Positions 53,854 through 64,000 of a stretch of 64,000 bases of DNA are shown here, piece by piece. The stretch is from a virus (taxonomy: Duplodnaviria; Caudoviricetes), in IMG/VR virus record IMGVR_UViG_3300013121_000005, positions 1 through 64,000 of that record. The stretch is one strand, 5' to 3'. The position numbers and the translations under genes are program-made. Under the pieces are notes generated by a model. That model was not told where the DNA came from, did not search any database, and saw only the letters and a list, made by a program, of their open reading frames with translations. Each line of letters begins with the position of its first letter. Position 1 is the first letter of the stretch.

Positions 53854-55745
53854 CGAATGAGGAGCGCCAAGTACGAATTTCAGAGTTGGAGAGTCGAATC
53901 TCAAAAGCTCGTGAAGCGTACTACAATGGATCCTCCCCGATCATGACAGATGCGGAGTACGACGCTCTTTCGGATGAGCTTTTTGAGCTAGATGCGATTA
54001 ACCAGATAGCCAAGTCTATAGGAGCCCCCCCTCCTGTATCTGAGTGGCAGAAGGTCCGCCACGAGCACCCCATGGGTTCCCTCGATAAGGTGAACACTAT
54101 GGAGGAGTTGACCAACTGGGTCAACTCCCGTTGCCCCAGGGAAGCCCTGTTTGTCACGGAGAAGCTCGATGGGATCTCTGTCCAGGTGAAGTACGTGGGC
54201 GGCAAGCTTGTTCAGGCGTTGACCCGAGGGGACGGAATCACGGGGGAGGACATCACCCAGAATGTCCTCAAGATGAAGGGGGTCCAGCCCCGGCTTTCCC
54301 AGAAGATTTCCGCGACTTTCCGAGGGGAGATCCTTCTTTTGCGAAGTGATCATCAAGCCTGGTTTAAGGAAGACTACGCCAACACTCGTAATGCAGCCGC
54401 AGGGATCACTAAGAGATATGATGGTCGGGGGTGTGAGCACTTGACTGTGATGTTCTACCAAGTGGTTGATGGGTTGAAGGTCGCAACTGAGGAAGAGCAG
54501 TTTAAGTTCTTGGAGGATCTTGGGTTCAATACCCCGAACCGGTACTTTTCTGGCATAGAGGTAAAGGCGTCTCATGCCCTTTGGGTCGATTACCAGCAGG
54601 GTAAACGAGATCGCCTTGATTATGACATCGACGGGCTTGTTGTCCGCATTAATGACCTCACAAAACAGGCGGCCCTCGGAGACAAGGACCTCCGACCGCT
54701 TGGTGCGGTGGCCTTCAAGTTTGCGGCAATCACTCGTGAGACTGTCGTCCGTCAGATCCTTCGTCAGACGGGTGGGACGGGTCGTATCACTCCGGTCGCT
54801 GTGTTCGACCCGGTGAGCCTTCTTGGGGCGAACGTCACCAACGCCAGCCTCTACAACTGGAAGTACATCCGGGAGTTGGGCTTGGACGTAGGGTCGCGGG
54901 TGCTAGTCGCCAGGGCCAACGATGTCATTCCTCGGGTAGTGAAGGTTACCTGGAGCACCGATACGATCAGTCAGCCCCCGGAGACCTGTGATGCTTGCGG
55001 GACGGCGGTTGCGCAGGATGGTGAGTTCCACGTCTGCCCGAACCGTGAGACGTGCCCTGCCCAGGTGACGGGCCGCATCTCCCAGTGGATCTCTTCGCTC
55101 AACATCTTGGAGTGGGGGGACACGCTGCTAGAGAAGCTCGTCACGACTGGCCTGGTCAAGTCGGTGCCAGACTTGTACCGCCTGACGACCGAGCAGCTTG
55201 AAGGCTTGGACCGTATGGGTCCGAAGCTGGCTGAAAAGCTCCTTGCCAACCTCCATGCTGAGAAGGTGCTCCCGATGGAGGTCCTCCTGGGATCCCTGTC
55301 GATCCCAGGCATCGCAGCCTCTTCCATCAAGATGGCCATGGATGCGGGGATCGACACGCCTGAGGCGTTGCGTTCGGCACCCCTTGAGGCGCTGGGGAAG
55401 ATCCCTGGGTTTGGTCCCGTCAAGGCTGAGGCCCTCTTCAACTGGCTTCGGTCCTACGGTCAGATCCTCGACGAGCTTGCGGGAGTAGGGGTTACGGTTA
55501 AAGAGAAGGTGAAGGGTAAGTTCAATGGGATGAGTTTTTGCTTCACTGGTACGATGCGTAACAAGCGTCCCGACTTGGAAGCGATGGTTCTGGGCAACGG
55601 GGGTGAAGTGAAGTCCTCCGTCACCAAGAAGCTCACCTATCTGGTCTTGGCTGATCATACGACAACGAAGGCTGCTACCGCTAAGAAGTACGGGACCAAG
55701 CTTTTGACGGAGGAGCAGTTCCTTGAGGCTGTGGGGCAAGGATGA
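53850..55745 (+). CDS. ligA: NAD-dependent DNA ligase
   Basis: EKLDG, TRGDG, RNAAAG, DGLV, Zn finger, BRCT. Confidence 0.96.
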   Translation: MTNEERQVRISELESRISKAREAYYNGSSPIMTDAEYDALSDELFELDAINQIAKSIGAPPPVSEWQKVRHEHPMGSLDKVNTMEELTNWVNSRCPREALFVTEKLDGISVQVKYVGGKLVQALTRGDGITGEDITQNVLKMKGVQPRLSQKISATFRGEILLLRSDHQAWFKEDYANTRNAAAGITKRYDGRGCEHLTVMFYQVVDGLKVATEEEQFKFLEDLGFNTPNRYFSGIEVKASHALWVDYQQGKRDRLDYDIDGLVVRINDLTKQAALGDKDLRPLGAVAFKFAAITRETVVRQILRQTGGTGRITPVAVFDPVSLLGANVTNASLYNWKYIRELGLDVGSRVLVARANDVIPRVVKVTWSTDTISQPPETCDACGTAVAQDGEFHVCPNRETCPAQVTGRISQWISSLNILEWGDTLLEKLVTTGLVKSVPDLYRLTTEQLEGLDRMGPKLAEKLLANLHAEKVLPMEVLLGSLSIPGIAASSIKMAMDAGIDTPEALRSAPLEALGKIPGFGPVKAEALFNWLRSYGQILDELAGVGVTVKEKVKGKFNGMSFCFTGTMRNKRPDLEAMVLGNGGEVKSSVTKKLTYLVLADHTTTKAATAKKYGTKLLTEEQFLEAVGQG

Positions 55746-55924
55746 ACCCTAAGAGTTTTGCCGCATGGCTTTTTTGGACGGGGTTTCCTATAGTTGTCGC
55801 TATACTTGGAGTCCTCTGGCTGGCTCATGACATCGCGGACCTTCGACGACAGAAGTTGGAACTAGAGGTGGAACTCAAAAGGGTAAGATCGTCGTGTCCG
55901 TGTGCCCTCGAAATGGGTAAGTGA
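55742..55924 (+). CDS. small membrane protein
   Basis: One TM helix; translationally coupled. Confidence 0.55.
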   Translation: MNPKSFAAWLFWTGFPIVVAILGVLWLAHDIADLRRQKLELEVELKRVRSSCPCALEMGK

Positions 55925-58122
55925 TAATGGAATCCCTTACGGGCAGAGTGCGGTCTGTCATTCATAAGTCTGATGATTTTTACATCTTCTCTGTTGAGCC
56001 TTCTGAGGTTGGCTACGACCGAAAAGTGGTCTGTAAGGGACGCCTTTTTGGGATCCAGGGGATTGCTCCTGGGGTGCCCCTAGAGTTGTTTGGGGAGTGG
56101 ACTTATCACCCGAAGTTTGGTAGGCAGTTTGACTTACACGGGTGGGGGGTTTGGGCTAACTCTGAGTCGGGGGTGGAATCCTTTTTGCGGGTTTGCCTCG
56201 GGCTTGAGGAATCCTTGGTCCTTGCTCTGGTCGATGCTTTCAGTCTGAACGTGTTTCAGGTTCTCAATGAGGAACCTGAGCGGCTGAAGACGGTTCCTGG
56301 GTTTGACGAGGGAATCATTGAGTCTTTTAGAGACCTATGGGTTCTTGCTCAGATTAGTGCCGAGCTTTCCAAGTTTCTTGCCGACCACGACGTGACGGCG
56401 GCGCAGATGAAGGCGCTCTACGACACGTTCAAGTCGGATTCCAAACGTATCCTCCTGGAGAATCCCTACCGACTCCTGGAGGTCGAGGGGTTCCACTTCG
56501 TCAAGGTTGATGAAATTGCAGAGGGTAGGGGAGTTCCTAGGTCTGATCCCCGGAGGTTTGAAGGGGCGGTTCTTTGGGTTTTGAGGGAGGCTGCTTCGGC
56601 TGGACACCTTTGTGTTCGTCGGGGTGGGATCTCTACTCAGCTTGAAAGTCTTAGCAAGAAGGCATCTGAGGTTCATGCCTTCGAGGCAGATGACCTTGTT
56701 AAGGAGCTGAACCAGGCAGTTGATAGGTTGAGTCAGAGAGGCGTTGTCAAGATTGACCCTGATGTAGGGGTTTACCTAAGTTCTCACTTTCGGCATGAGA
56801 GGGAAGCCGCAGAGTACCTTGCCCGGCTCATAACCCCTCTTCAGCTTGATGTGGAGGTTGGGGAGTTTATCGCTTCTTACGAGACCCTCAACCAAATCAA
56901 GCTATCTGTCGACCAAAAGCAAGCTATTGTAATGTTGGCTCACAGTAGGGTCCTTGTCTTGACTGGGTTACCTGGGACAGGGAAAACTACAGTTATCAGG
57001 GCAGTGGTCAGCTTCTTTGAGCAAGCTGGAATTTCATTTGTGTTGATGGCCCCAACTGGAATAGCTTCTAAACGACTGTCGGCTGTGACGGGTCACCCCG
57101 CAGCTACGATCCATCGTACATTTAGGTATGATGGTAAAACCTGGGGGTACGATCGTCATAACAAGTACCCAGTTGGGGCGGTTATTGTCGATGAGATGTC
57201 GATGGTGGACCAGGAGCTTTTCTATCGGATTCTCGACTCTTTGGAGGAGGGGACGATTCTTGTCTTGGTTGGGGATGATGCTCAATTGCCTTCTGTTGGT
57301 CCTGGTAATGTCCTGAGGGAGTTGATCAGGTGTGAGTCGGTTCCCACGATTCGTCTGACCCAAATTTTTCGTCAGGCTGAACAAAGTGACATCATCCTGA
57401 ACTCCCATCGGATTAATAGAGGGGAGTCGATTGGGACAGAGGGCAAGCTTTCTGACTCTGACTTCCGATTTGTTCCGATTGCAGACGAGGATGTAATTGC
57501 GAATCTAATCGTGCAGATGGCCCATAAGCTTAAGGCTAGGGACGCCAACTTCCAGGTGCTTTCACCGAAATACGATGGTGCTGTTGGGGTCAGTAACCTT
57601 AATGACCGATTGAGGGAGATGCTTAACCCCCCAATGGATACGAAAAAGGAGTGCGCTGTAGGGCCTTTTAGATTTCGGGAGGGGGATCGTGTGATGGTCG
57701 TGAAGAACGACTACGAATTAGGGATCTACAACGGGGATATGGGGAAGCTTATGTCGATAGCCTCAGATCACTTCATGGTTCGGGTCCATGGGGCTGGGGA
57801 AGACGGGCTTGACTTGTATGTCAAGATTCCTCGCAAGGAAGTCGTTCAGAAGCTTCGGTTGGCCTACGCCATTACCGTCCATAAGTCTCAGGGCTCTGAA
57901 TTCGATACGGTTATCTTGCCTATGGTCAAGTCCCAGGGGCGTATGCTCCAGCGTAATTTGTTCTACACGGCAGTTACCAGAGCCAAGAAGCAGGTTTTCC
58001 TTCTTGGGGAACGCAGTGCGGTTTCTTGTGCTATTGCTAATGACCTGGTAGTGCAGAGAAGTACTGGGTTTGAACGGGCGGTTCGTTTGGCGGTTCGTCG
58101 TCAATTGGATGGGAGTAAGTGA
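55921..58122 (+). CDS. recD2: RecD2-like SF1 helicase
   Basis: GLPGTGKT, DEMSM, GDDAQLPSV, YAITVHKSQGSEF. Confidence 0.95.
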   Translation: MIMESLTGRVRSVIHKSDDFYIFSVEPSEVGYDRKVVCKGRLFGIQGIAPGVPLELFGEWTYHPKFGRQFDLHGWGVWANSESGVESFLRVCLGLEESLVLALVDAFSLNVFQVLNEEPERLKTVPGFDEGIIESFRDLWVLAQISAELSKFLADHDVTAAQMKALYDTFKSDSKRILLENPYRLLEVEGFHFVKVDEIAEGRGVPRSDPRRFEGAVLWVLREAASAGHLCVRRGGISTQLESLSKKASEVHAFEADDLVKELNQAVDRLSQRGVVKIDPDVGVYLSSHFRHEREAAEYLARLITPLQLDVEVGEFIASYETLNQIKLSVDQKQAIVMLAHSRVLVLTGLPGTGKTTVIRAVVSFFEQAGISFVLMAPTGIASKRLSAVTGHPAATIHRTFRYDGKTWGYDRHNKYPVGAVIVDEMSMVDQELFYRILDSLEEGTILVLVGDDAQLPSVGPGNVLRELIRCESVPTIRLTQIFRQAEQSDIILNSHRINRGESIGTEGKLSDSDFRFVPIADEDVIANLIVQMAHKLKARDANFQVLSPKYDGAVGVSNLNDRLREMLNPPMDTKKECAVGPFRFREGDRVMVVKNDYELGIYNGDMGKLMSIASDHFMVRVHGAGEDGLDLYVKIPRKEVVQKLRLAYAITVHKSQGSEFDTVILPMVKSQGRMLQRNLFYTAVTRAKKQVFLLGERSAVSCAIANDLVVQRSTGFERAVRLAVRRQLDGSK

Positions 58123-58123
58123 T

Positions 58124-59050
58124 ATGGAACCTTCTTGGGTTGAGCGGGTTTACGATGAAATCCTTACTATGGGGATTGAGCTTGATCCTGACCCTACCAT
58201 CCTAGGCCCTCGTTACCTTAATGAGGTTTTGTCAAGGTGCCGTAATTACCTGAACCGTGTGACTTTCATTCTCCTGGAGCTTCAGCGGGAGAAGAGGACG
58301 CTCACTAGAGCGTTGGCGGGGGAGGAAACATCCTACAAGATGGAGTTTGACCAGATTCTTGCTGAGAATGAGTCCATCAAGCGGCTCCCGAACATTAAGG
58401 ACCGAGAGTCTTCAGCGAATGTGCTTCTTGCAGGTCGAAGGAGGGCTATTGCGGACTTTGAGTTGCAGATTCTTGACCTTGAAATGGTTGAGAAAACTGT
58501 GAAGTTCCGGCATCAGGAGTTGGTTCGCACAAGTGAGAACATTCGGGTTCAACGTTCTCTTCTTACTGCGGACCGAGTAACCGGAGCTGGGTATGGGGAT
58601 GAGTTTGATGGTAATAGGGACGCTAAGGGGCGGAATCTTCCTTCGGGAGACTCCATTGATGAAGAGGAATTGGACCGTATTTTGAATGGGGCTCAGGAGG
58701 AGGGGGGAGGAGCAGCCCCATCTCCCCCATCTCCCCCACCTCCCCCATCTCCCCCACCTCCCCCTGAAGCAGCCCCACCTCCCCCTGAAGCAGCCCCACC
58801 TCCCCCTGAAGCAGCCCCACCTCCCCCTGAAGTCCTTCCGTCTCTTCCTCTTGAGGAAGATGTCGCTAACTTTCTCTCTAGTGTTGGGCCAGAAGGTCCA
58901 CCTGCACCCGTGAAGTCTAGCAGCAATAAGGGTCGTTCTGAGACCCCTACCCCTGCAAAGCCTAGTAGTAGCGCTGGGGTTGTAAAGCCTAGTGGTAGTC
59001 TTGGAGGTGACGAGGACTTTGATTTTTCTGACTTATTGAGTAATCTGTGA
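58124..59050 (+). CDS. coiled-coil protein with Pro-rich linker and acidic tail
   Basis: Helical N-half; tail DFDFSDLLSNL. Confidence 0.7.
   Translation: MEPSWVERVYDEILTMGIELDPDPTILGPRYLNEVLSRCRNYLNRVTFILLELQREKRTLTRALAGEETSYKMEFDQILAENESIKRLPNIKDRESSANVLLAGRRRAIADFELQILDLEMVEKTVKFRHQELVRTSENIRVQRSLLTADRVTGAGYGDEFDGNRDAKGRNLPSGDSIDEEELDRILNGAQEEGGGAAPSPPSPPPPPSPPPPPEAAPPPPEAAPPPPEAAPPPPEVLPSLPLEEDVANFLSSVGPEGPPAPVKSSSNKGRSETPTPAKPSSSAGVVKPSGSLGGDEDFDFSDLLSNL
58711..58831 (+). repeat. coding tandem repeat (21-bp EAAPPPP x3 plus SPPPPP units)
   Basis: CCCCACCTCCCCCTGAAGCAG repeats. Confidence 0.85.
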
Positions 59051-59078
59051 TTGAGTTTTTTGGGATTCGGGGTATACT
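59051..59078 (+). promoter_or_regulatory. sigma70-like promoter
   Basis: TTGAGT-16 nt-TATACT. Confidence 0.5.
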
Positions 59079-59219
59079 GTATTTGCGGTGGCGTCACATG
59101 ACCATGCCCGGGGAAACCCATGGCCCTGTCCAGTGACGCCCCGCACTTCCCCAAACCAGCCTGTTCCCGGCAATACCCAATTGGAGCTATCCGGGCGGCA
59201 TGTTCAGGAGTAATCATAA

Positions 59220-60086
59220 ATGAGTGACGAAATCTTCGATATCGATCCGAACGAGAACATTGGTCTTGGTGACGAGGACAAGGGCAAGGTTAATAGTAAC
59301 CAGACCGAGTGGTATAAGGGAGAGAAGGGCCGTACCGACCGCGTGGCCCTCGTCTACTTCAACTCCATCGACATGGCCCAGCTCATGAAGGCTTTGCGGG
59401 CCAAGCCAGACCTCAGCGATGCTCAGAAAAAGGAGTTGGTCGAGAAGGTCCGGGCAGCGCTGGCCCAAAAGCTCGGTAAGGCCCCTGACCAACTCGATCA
59501 AGTCGATCTTCTTGATTTGAGCGAAGCCCGTTTTAAGCCGTGTTCAGGCTACTACAAGCAGGGGGTTGGGTACGTTAGTCACCCCAAAGGGCCTCTCGCT
59601 CCGGAAGAGGCCAAGGTCTGGGCAAAGCTCGGTGAGAAGAAGGACTACGTGACGACCCTTCTTCTGATCTACCCCACAGATCGCGACGGGGAGGTCGACA
59701 AGGATGCTCTCGGTCGCAAGTGGCAGATCAAGCCCTGGCGCATGTCGCCGGATAAGTACGAAGTGTTCCGGAAGATCAACCGGGGTCTTTTGGAGGGCGG
59801 GTCTACCATTTCGGCTACGGACCTTCATTTGTCGTGTTCTGACACCCAGTACCAGAAGATCACGATCACCCAGGCAGGGCCTGCGATCTACTTGCGTAAC
59901 GAGGCGTTCAGGCGCCAAATTCTTGCTAAGGCCGTGACCTACTACAAGAAGTTGAACCCGTTCCGGGACATGACCACGGACGACCTTCGTGAGAAGCTTG
60001 GCTTGGCTCCTACTGCCGGTGCTTCCGTTTCGGTGGGTTCTGACTTCTCTACGGAAGACCTTACGAACCTCCTAGGCAACGTCTGA
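59220..60086 (+). CDS. putative phage ssDNA-binding protein
   Basis: Strong codon bias, acidic tail, position in recombination module; function inferred. Confidence 0.5.
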   Translation: MSDEIFDIDPNENIGLGDEDKGKVNSNQTEWYKGEKGRTDRVALVYFNSIDMAQLMKALRAKPDLSDAQKKELVEKVRAALAQKLGKAPDQLDQVDLLDLSEARFKPCSGYYKQGVGYVSHPKGPLAPEEAKVWAKLGEKKDYVTTLLLIYPTDRDGEVDKDALGRKWQIKPWRMSPDKYEVFRKINRGLLEGGSTISATDLHLSCSDTQYQKITITQAGPAIYLRNEAFRRQILAKAVTYYKKLNPFRDMTTDDLREKLGLAPTAGASVSVGSDFSTEDLTNLLGNV

Positions 60087-60158
60087 CTGGGGGCTTGAGG
60101 GTTGAAGGGGGCTGGGTGGGCATTCTAGCCCTGCCCCCTTCTCCCTTGGGAAGGCGCC

Positions 60159-60809
60159 ATGCTTTGCATTGGGCTTGACCCGTCGATGTCGGGCTTTGGG
60201 TGGTGCGTCCATGACGCCAACGCCTTCGGAAAGAAGCGTGTTGTCGATAAGGGGCGCTTTGCTAGTCCGTCGTCCGACGTGTTCGTCGAGAGGTACATGG
60301 GCCTTCGGGCTTGTGTCTCTGACTTGCTTGACGATTGGCCTGAGGTGAGGCGAGTGGGGGTAGAGTCCCCGCCGTTTGGTGAGCTGTGGTCGGAGGGGCT
60401 CTACGGGCTCTTCTTGTACGTCAACGAGGCCATCTACACGAGGCGCCGTGATGTCGTGTACTTCGACCCTTCCATCTTGAAGTTCCTCACCAAAGAGGAT
60501 CCGGAGGTCCGTCGAGGCAAGATGTTCAAAGCTGACATGGTGGCTATGGCCAAAGCGGATACCGGAATTTCTAGGTGGAATTCGGATGAAGCTGACGCCT
60601 ATCATATTGCCAGATTCGCGGCTAGGTTCTGGATGCTGTTCGATGGTGTGATTGAGAGCGATGTTTTGCTTCCTACCGAGCGGGCCATTTTCCTCAAGGA
60701 GAAGACGTTCTCTAGAGGCAAGCATGCCGGGGAAACCCATCAGCTAGGTACTGTTTTTCGTGAAGATGACCGTTTCTTTAGATTCTCACAAGTTCCGGAG
60801 ACTAGATGA
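60159..60809 (+). CDS. RuvC-like Holliday junction resolvase
   Basis: GLDPS, VE, K..M, DEADA. Confidence 0.8.
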   Translation: MLCIGLDPSMSGFGWCVHDANAFGKKRVVDKGRFASPSSDVFVERYMGLRACVSDLLDDWPEVRRVGVESPPFGELWSEGLYGLFLYVNEAIYTRRRDVVYFDPSILKFLTKEDPEVRRGKMFKADMVAMAKADTGISRWNSDEADAYHIARFAARFWMLFDGVIESDVLLPTERAIFLKEKTFSRGKHAGETHQLGTVFREDDRFFRFSQVPETR

Positions 60810-62017
60810 GCAAAGTAGCTGCCGTTAACAAGTCTAAGGTCGTTGCAGGCGCTCTTCTTGCTATCAAGAAGATGACCGGGCAAACACCAGTGGGGTCGAC
60901 GCTTACAACGTTCCCACATATCCCCTCTGGAATTGTTCAGATTGACAACCTTCTTGGGGGGACCCTTTTGCCGGATGGCAGTGGAATGGTTTGCCCGGGA
61001 TACGCTCGTGGGCGTATTATTGAGGTGTATGGCGCGGAGTCGAGTGGGAAAACAACACTGGCTTTGGGGGCCATTGGCGCTGTCCGTAAAATGGGTGGGA
61101 TCTCGATGTTCTTGGACTTTGAGAATGCTCTCCACTATGGGTACGCTCAGAAGGTCATGGGGGGACCTTTCAACGATACCGACACTATTTGCTATGCCCC
61201 AGACACTCTTGAGGAGGGGTTTAAGATGCTTTACGTGGCCATCAAGTCAAACTTCGACCTTGTAGTCGTTGACTCGGTAGCTGCGATGATCCCCAAGAAG
61301 GAAATGGAAAAGAAGCTTGGGGATGCTGCTGCTATCGGGGCTTTGGCTCGTGCTATGGCTGAGAACATCAGCAAGTTGGTCCAGTGGCAAAAGAAGTCCC
61401 CTAATACAGTCCTCATGTTGCTTAATCAAATTCGGTCGCTCATTTCTGACCATGGGGGTGATGAGACAACGACAGGGGGTAAGGCAGTCAAGTTTTACGC
61501 AACCCATCGTCTCAAGCTGACTCGCGTTCGCTCGGACTTTGTGGAGAAGGCCGATCCTGTGACTTTCAAGAAGAAGCGCACTCCGTACGGTAACGTCACC
61601 CAAGTGAAAGTTGTCAAGAACAAGCTTGACGGTAAACAGGGGCATACAGGGGAGATTTTCATCCGCTACGGGTACGGGGTGGATGAGTACCAGAGTCTCA
61701 TCGAATCAGCCATTCCGCGTAAGATCATCGTGAAAGAAGGAGCCAGTTACACCTTCAACGGGGAGAAATTCAGGGGCAAGGAACGTCTCCGCAAGTACCT
61801 TGTTGACAACCCTAAGGCAGTTGGTGACCTTCGGGGGAAGATTCAAAAGGTTATGCTGTCTGAGAAACCTGAGGCTCTTAGTGGGGCGGATGAGATCGAG
61901 GACGATGATATCGTATCGGATCTTCAAGAGGGGGTTGCGGATGATGACTTGGCGGAGGGGGTAGATGAAGAGGCAATTGACGTGGCTTTGTCTGAGGCCG
62001 AAGTTGAGGCCCCTTAG
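60806..62017 (+). CDS. recA: RecA recombinase
   Basis: GRIIEVYGAESSGKTT, VVDSVAA, NQIR, TTGGKAVKFYA. Confidence 0.95.
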   Translation: MSKVAAVNKSKVVAGALLAIKKMTGQTPVGSTLTTFPHIPSGIVQIDNLLGGTLLPDGSGMVCPGYARGRIIEVYGAESSGKTTLALGAIGAVRKMGGISMFLDFENALHYGYAQKVMGGPFNDTDTICYAPDTLEEGFKMLYVAIKSNFDLVVVDSVAAMIPKKEMEKKLGDAAAIGALARAMAENISKLVQWQKKSPNTVLMLLNQIRSLISDHGGDETTTGGKAVKFYATHRLKLTRVRSDFVEKADPVTFKKKRTPYGNVTQVKVVKNKLDGKQGHTGEIFIRYGYGVDEYQSLIESAIPRKIIVKEGASYTFNGEKFRGKERLRKYLVDNPKAVGDLRGKIQKVMLSEKPEALSGADEIEDDDIVSDLQEGVADDDLAEGVDEEAIDVALSEAEVEAP

Positions 62018-62028
62018 GGGGGTGTCCG

Positions 62029-63252
62029 GTGAGTCCGGTGATTAACGTTGAGGTACGGGGTTTTCAGTCTATTGAACATGTGAAAGCCCACCTTGATGGT
62101 TTCACTGTTCTGGTTGGCCGGTCAAATAGAGGTAAAAGTGCCGTGGTGAGGGCGATTAAAAGCGCCCTCACCAACTCTACAGGGACAGCCTTCGTCCGCC
62201 ATAACCCGAGTGAGTGTGCCAGGGCTTTGCGCAAAGCCAAGACCTGTCGTTGCCAAGCGAGTGTCCATATTCAGACAGAAGGGTTCGACCTTCTGTGGGA
62301 AAAAGGGGATGCCGTTAATCGCTACACTTACAATGGTCAAGTGTACGATAAGCCTGGGCAGGGGATTCCTGAATTTTTGACCTCTAGCGGATTTTCCCCG
62401 GTTCGGGTGGGTGGGGAGTCAGGGCTTATTCAAGTCGCGGACCAATTCTTCCCCATCTTCTTGCTTAATCAGTCGGGCCCAGCAGCAGCAGAGGCCATCT
62501 CGGACGTTTCTCGGCTAGACCGGATTAATGCTGCGACTCGATTGGTTGAGAAAGATCGACGGGAAACTCTTTCTGAGAAGAAGGTCCGAGAAAAGGACTT
62601 GGAGGGGTTCCAAGAACGGCTTGACTCCTATGCTGGCTTGGATGGTGCTCTGGGCAAGGTGCAAGCTGCTGTTGATGGTTTGGCCCTAGTTGAGTCTCAA
62701 AAGTCAAAAGTAGACCAGCTTACAGGGTACATGTTGGCTTCAGGGGCCTTGGTAGACCGTATTCGTGCGATCTGGCAAGTGGGCTCGGTTGTAGTTCCGG
62801 ACGCGGTTGCACTTGAGGGTTTGGCTAGTACAGAGCTAACCCTTCGTCGTTACTTGGTTGAGTTGGTGAAGCGAGAGGCTGCGTGTAAAGCCCTACATTG
62901 GGTTGAGGGCTTGGAGGCATTGCCCTTACCTGATTCGTTACTGGAGGTTGCAGACCGAACGAAACGTCTGAATGTGTGGGTAGAGAAGCTTCGGTCCTAT
63001 AGAGACCGGTTCTTGCACTTAGCTAAGGTAGACAGCATCCCGGTACAAGAGGAAGGGGGGCTTAAGCACAATCTCAATGAGATGGCTGCCTATCTCGCAC
63101 GTTATGTGGCGTTGACTAACTCTGTTGCAAAGCTAGAGCAGGAGCTGGTTGAGGTGGAGAAAGAAGAGGAGCTTGTCCAAGAAGAGGTAGCTGCTATTGG
63201 AGTGTGCCCTACCTGCACCCAACCCTTTCACGCTGGACATCAGCATGCCTAG
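62029..63252 (+). CDS. SbcC/Rad50-like ATPase (N-terminal part)
   Basis: GFQS, GRSNRGKS, Q-loop, CPTC zinc hook. Confidence 0.8.
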   Translation: MSPVINVEVRGFQSIEHVKAHLDGFTVLVGRSNRGKSAVVRAIKSALTNSTGTAFVRHNPSECARALRKAKTCRCQASVHIQTEGFDLLWEKGDAVNRYTYNGQVYDKPGQGIPEFLTSSGFSPVRVGGESGLIQVADQFFPIFLLNQSGPAAAEAISDVSRLDRINAATRLVEKDRRETLSEKKVREKDLEGFQERLDSYAGLDGALGKVQAAVDGLALVESQKSKVDQLTGYMLASGALVDRIRAIWQVGSVVVPDAVALEGLASTELTLRRYLVELVKREAACKALHWVEGLEALPLPDSLLEVADRTKRLNVWVEKLRSYRDRFLHLAKVDSIPVQEEGGLKHNLNEMAAYLARYVALTNSVAKLEQELVEVEKEEELVQEEVAAIGVCPTCTQPFHAGHQHA

Positions 63253-64000
63253 ACTCTCATTCCTGTTTCGTACGGACACTCATGTTTCTGACCGTAACCC
63301 TTTATCTTGGAAGGGGGATTACCCTTCGGAGATATGGTCGAATCTTGAGCAGGTTGGGAGGATCGCTAAGGAGCGAGAGGTCACTGCTGTTCTTGATGGG
63401 GGTGACTACTTTCATGTTAAAGCAGCTTCCAGGAATCCGCATCGTCTTGTAGAGAAAACAGCTAGAATCCATCGAGCCTATACGTGCCCAACCTTTGAGG
63501 TAGAGGGCAATCACGATATTGCCTACAACAACCTCAGCACTTTACCGGACCAGCCTTTAGGGGTTTTGTTCGCAAGTGGGGTATTCCAGCCTCTTCGAGA
63601 GGAGGTCTTTGTGGATGGGGACCTACAGATTCGGGTGGTTGGGGTTCCGTATAGTCCTGTACGACGGTTGGATGAACTTTTGCAGATCCAAAAGAAACCA
63701 GGAGACACGCATCTCCTTGCCGTGGTGCATGGGTTAGCTGCGAAAGACCCTCCCCCTCAGGTTGAGGACTTTTGGAATGAGCCTGTCTTCTCTTACGAGA
63801 GCCTTGTAAGTCGGAACGGCCCAGATATTTGGATGTTTGGTCATTGGCATAAGGACCAGGGGATCGAGACGATCCGTGGGAAGCGCTTCATTAATCTAGG
63901 GGCTCTTTCCCGAGGGTCTTTGGTCAGAGAGAATCTGAAACGGGTCCCTAAGGTAGCTCTCATCGAGGTGACTTCTGGGGATTTGAGTGTCACGCCAATT
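63245..64000 (+). CDS. SbcD/Mre11-like metallophosphoesterase (runs off the window)
   Basis: DTH, GGDYF, GNHD, HG, GHWH. Confidence 0.85.
   Translation, partial: MPRLSFLFRTDTHVSDRNPLSWKGDYPSEIWSNLEQVGRIAKEREVTAVLDGGDYFHVKAASRNPHRLVEKTARIHRAYTCPTFEVEGNHDIAYNNLSTLPDQPLGVLFASGVFQPLREEVFVDGDLQIRVVGVPYSPVRRLDELLQIQKKPGDTHLLAVVHGLAAKDPPPQVEDFWNEPVFSYESLVSRNGPDIWMFGHWHKDQGIETIRGKRFINLGALSRGSLVRENLKRVPKVALIEVTSGDLSVTPI

Noticed and set aside
49717-62017. Inteins or introns in NrdJ, LigA, RecD2 or RecA
   Set aside because: Normal lengths, continuous motifs, no splice signatures
1-64000. Stop-codon reassignment
   Set aside because: Conserved genes are full length in code 11 and end in TAA, TAG or TGA; only one isolated in-frame TGA was found

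Overview
This window is most likely part of a large (jumbo/huge) dsDNA bacteriophage genome in the standard genetic code; Cys-rich lipoproteins hint at a Myxococcota-like host. Layout: (1) 0.7-1.4 kb, a ~700-nt highly structured ncRNA, then a Ro60/TROVE gene; (2) 3.6-22.9 kb, accessory and metabolic genes (phosphatase, papain protease, SpeD, Def, Dcd, HD + CCA-adding enzyme, spermidine-synthase-like, two sigma-like factors, MTase, nucleases) and unrelated proteins sharing an N-terminal RVAxR(F/W/Y) motif; (3) 23-39.6 kb, a + strand RNA array of ~52 tRNAs covering all 20 amino acids (a 53rd lies at 43.8 kb), tmRNA, atypical tRNA-like RNAs and HNH genes; (4) 40-64 kb, VWA, ATP-grasp, exoribonuclease, GroEL, clamp loader, class II RNR, ligase, RecD2, RuvC, RecA and SbcCD. 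Main discovery: 14 copies of a Y-RNA-like module (stem-GAAUG-N10/11-UACA...CUUGUC-stem) interleaved between the tRNAs. They carry different cargo (permuted tRNA mimics, unrelated folds, minimal hairpins), one copy is circularly permuted, and the phage encodes its own Ro60. The array is preceded by a candidate leader-peptide attenuator, and most tRNA genes end in CUN instead of CCA. All calls were made by eye; no database searches were run.
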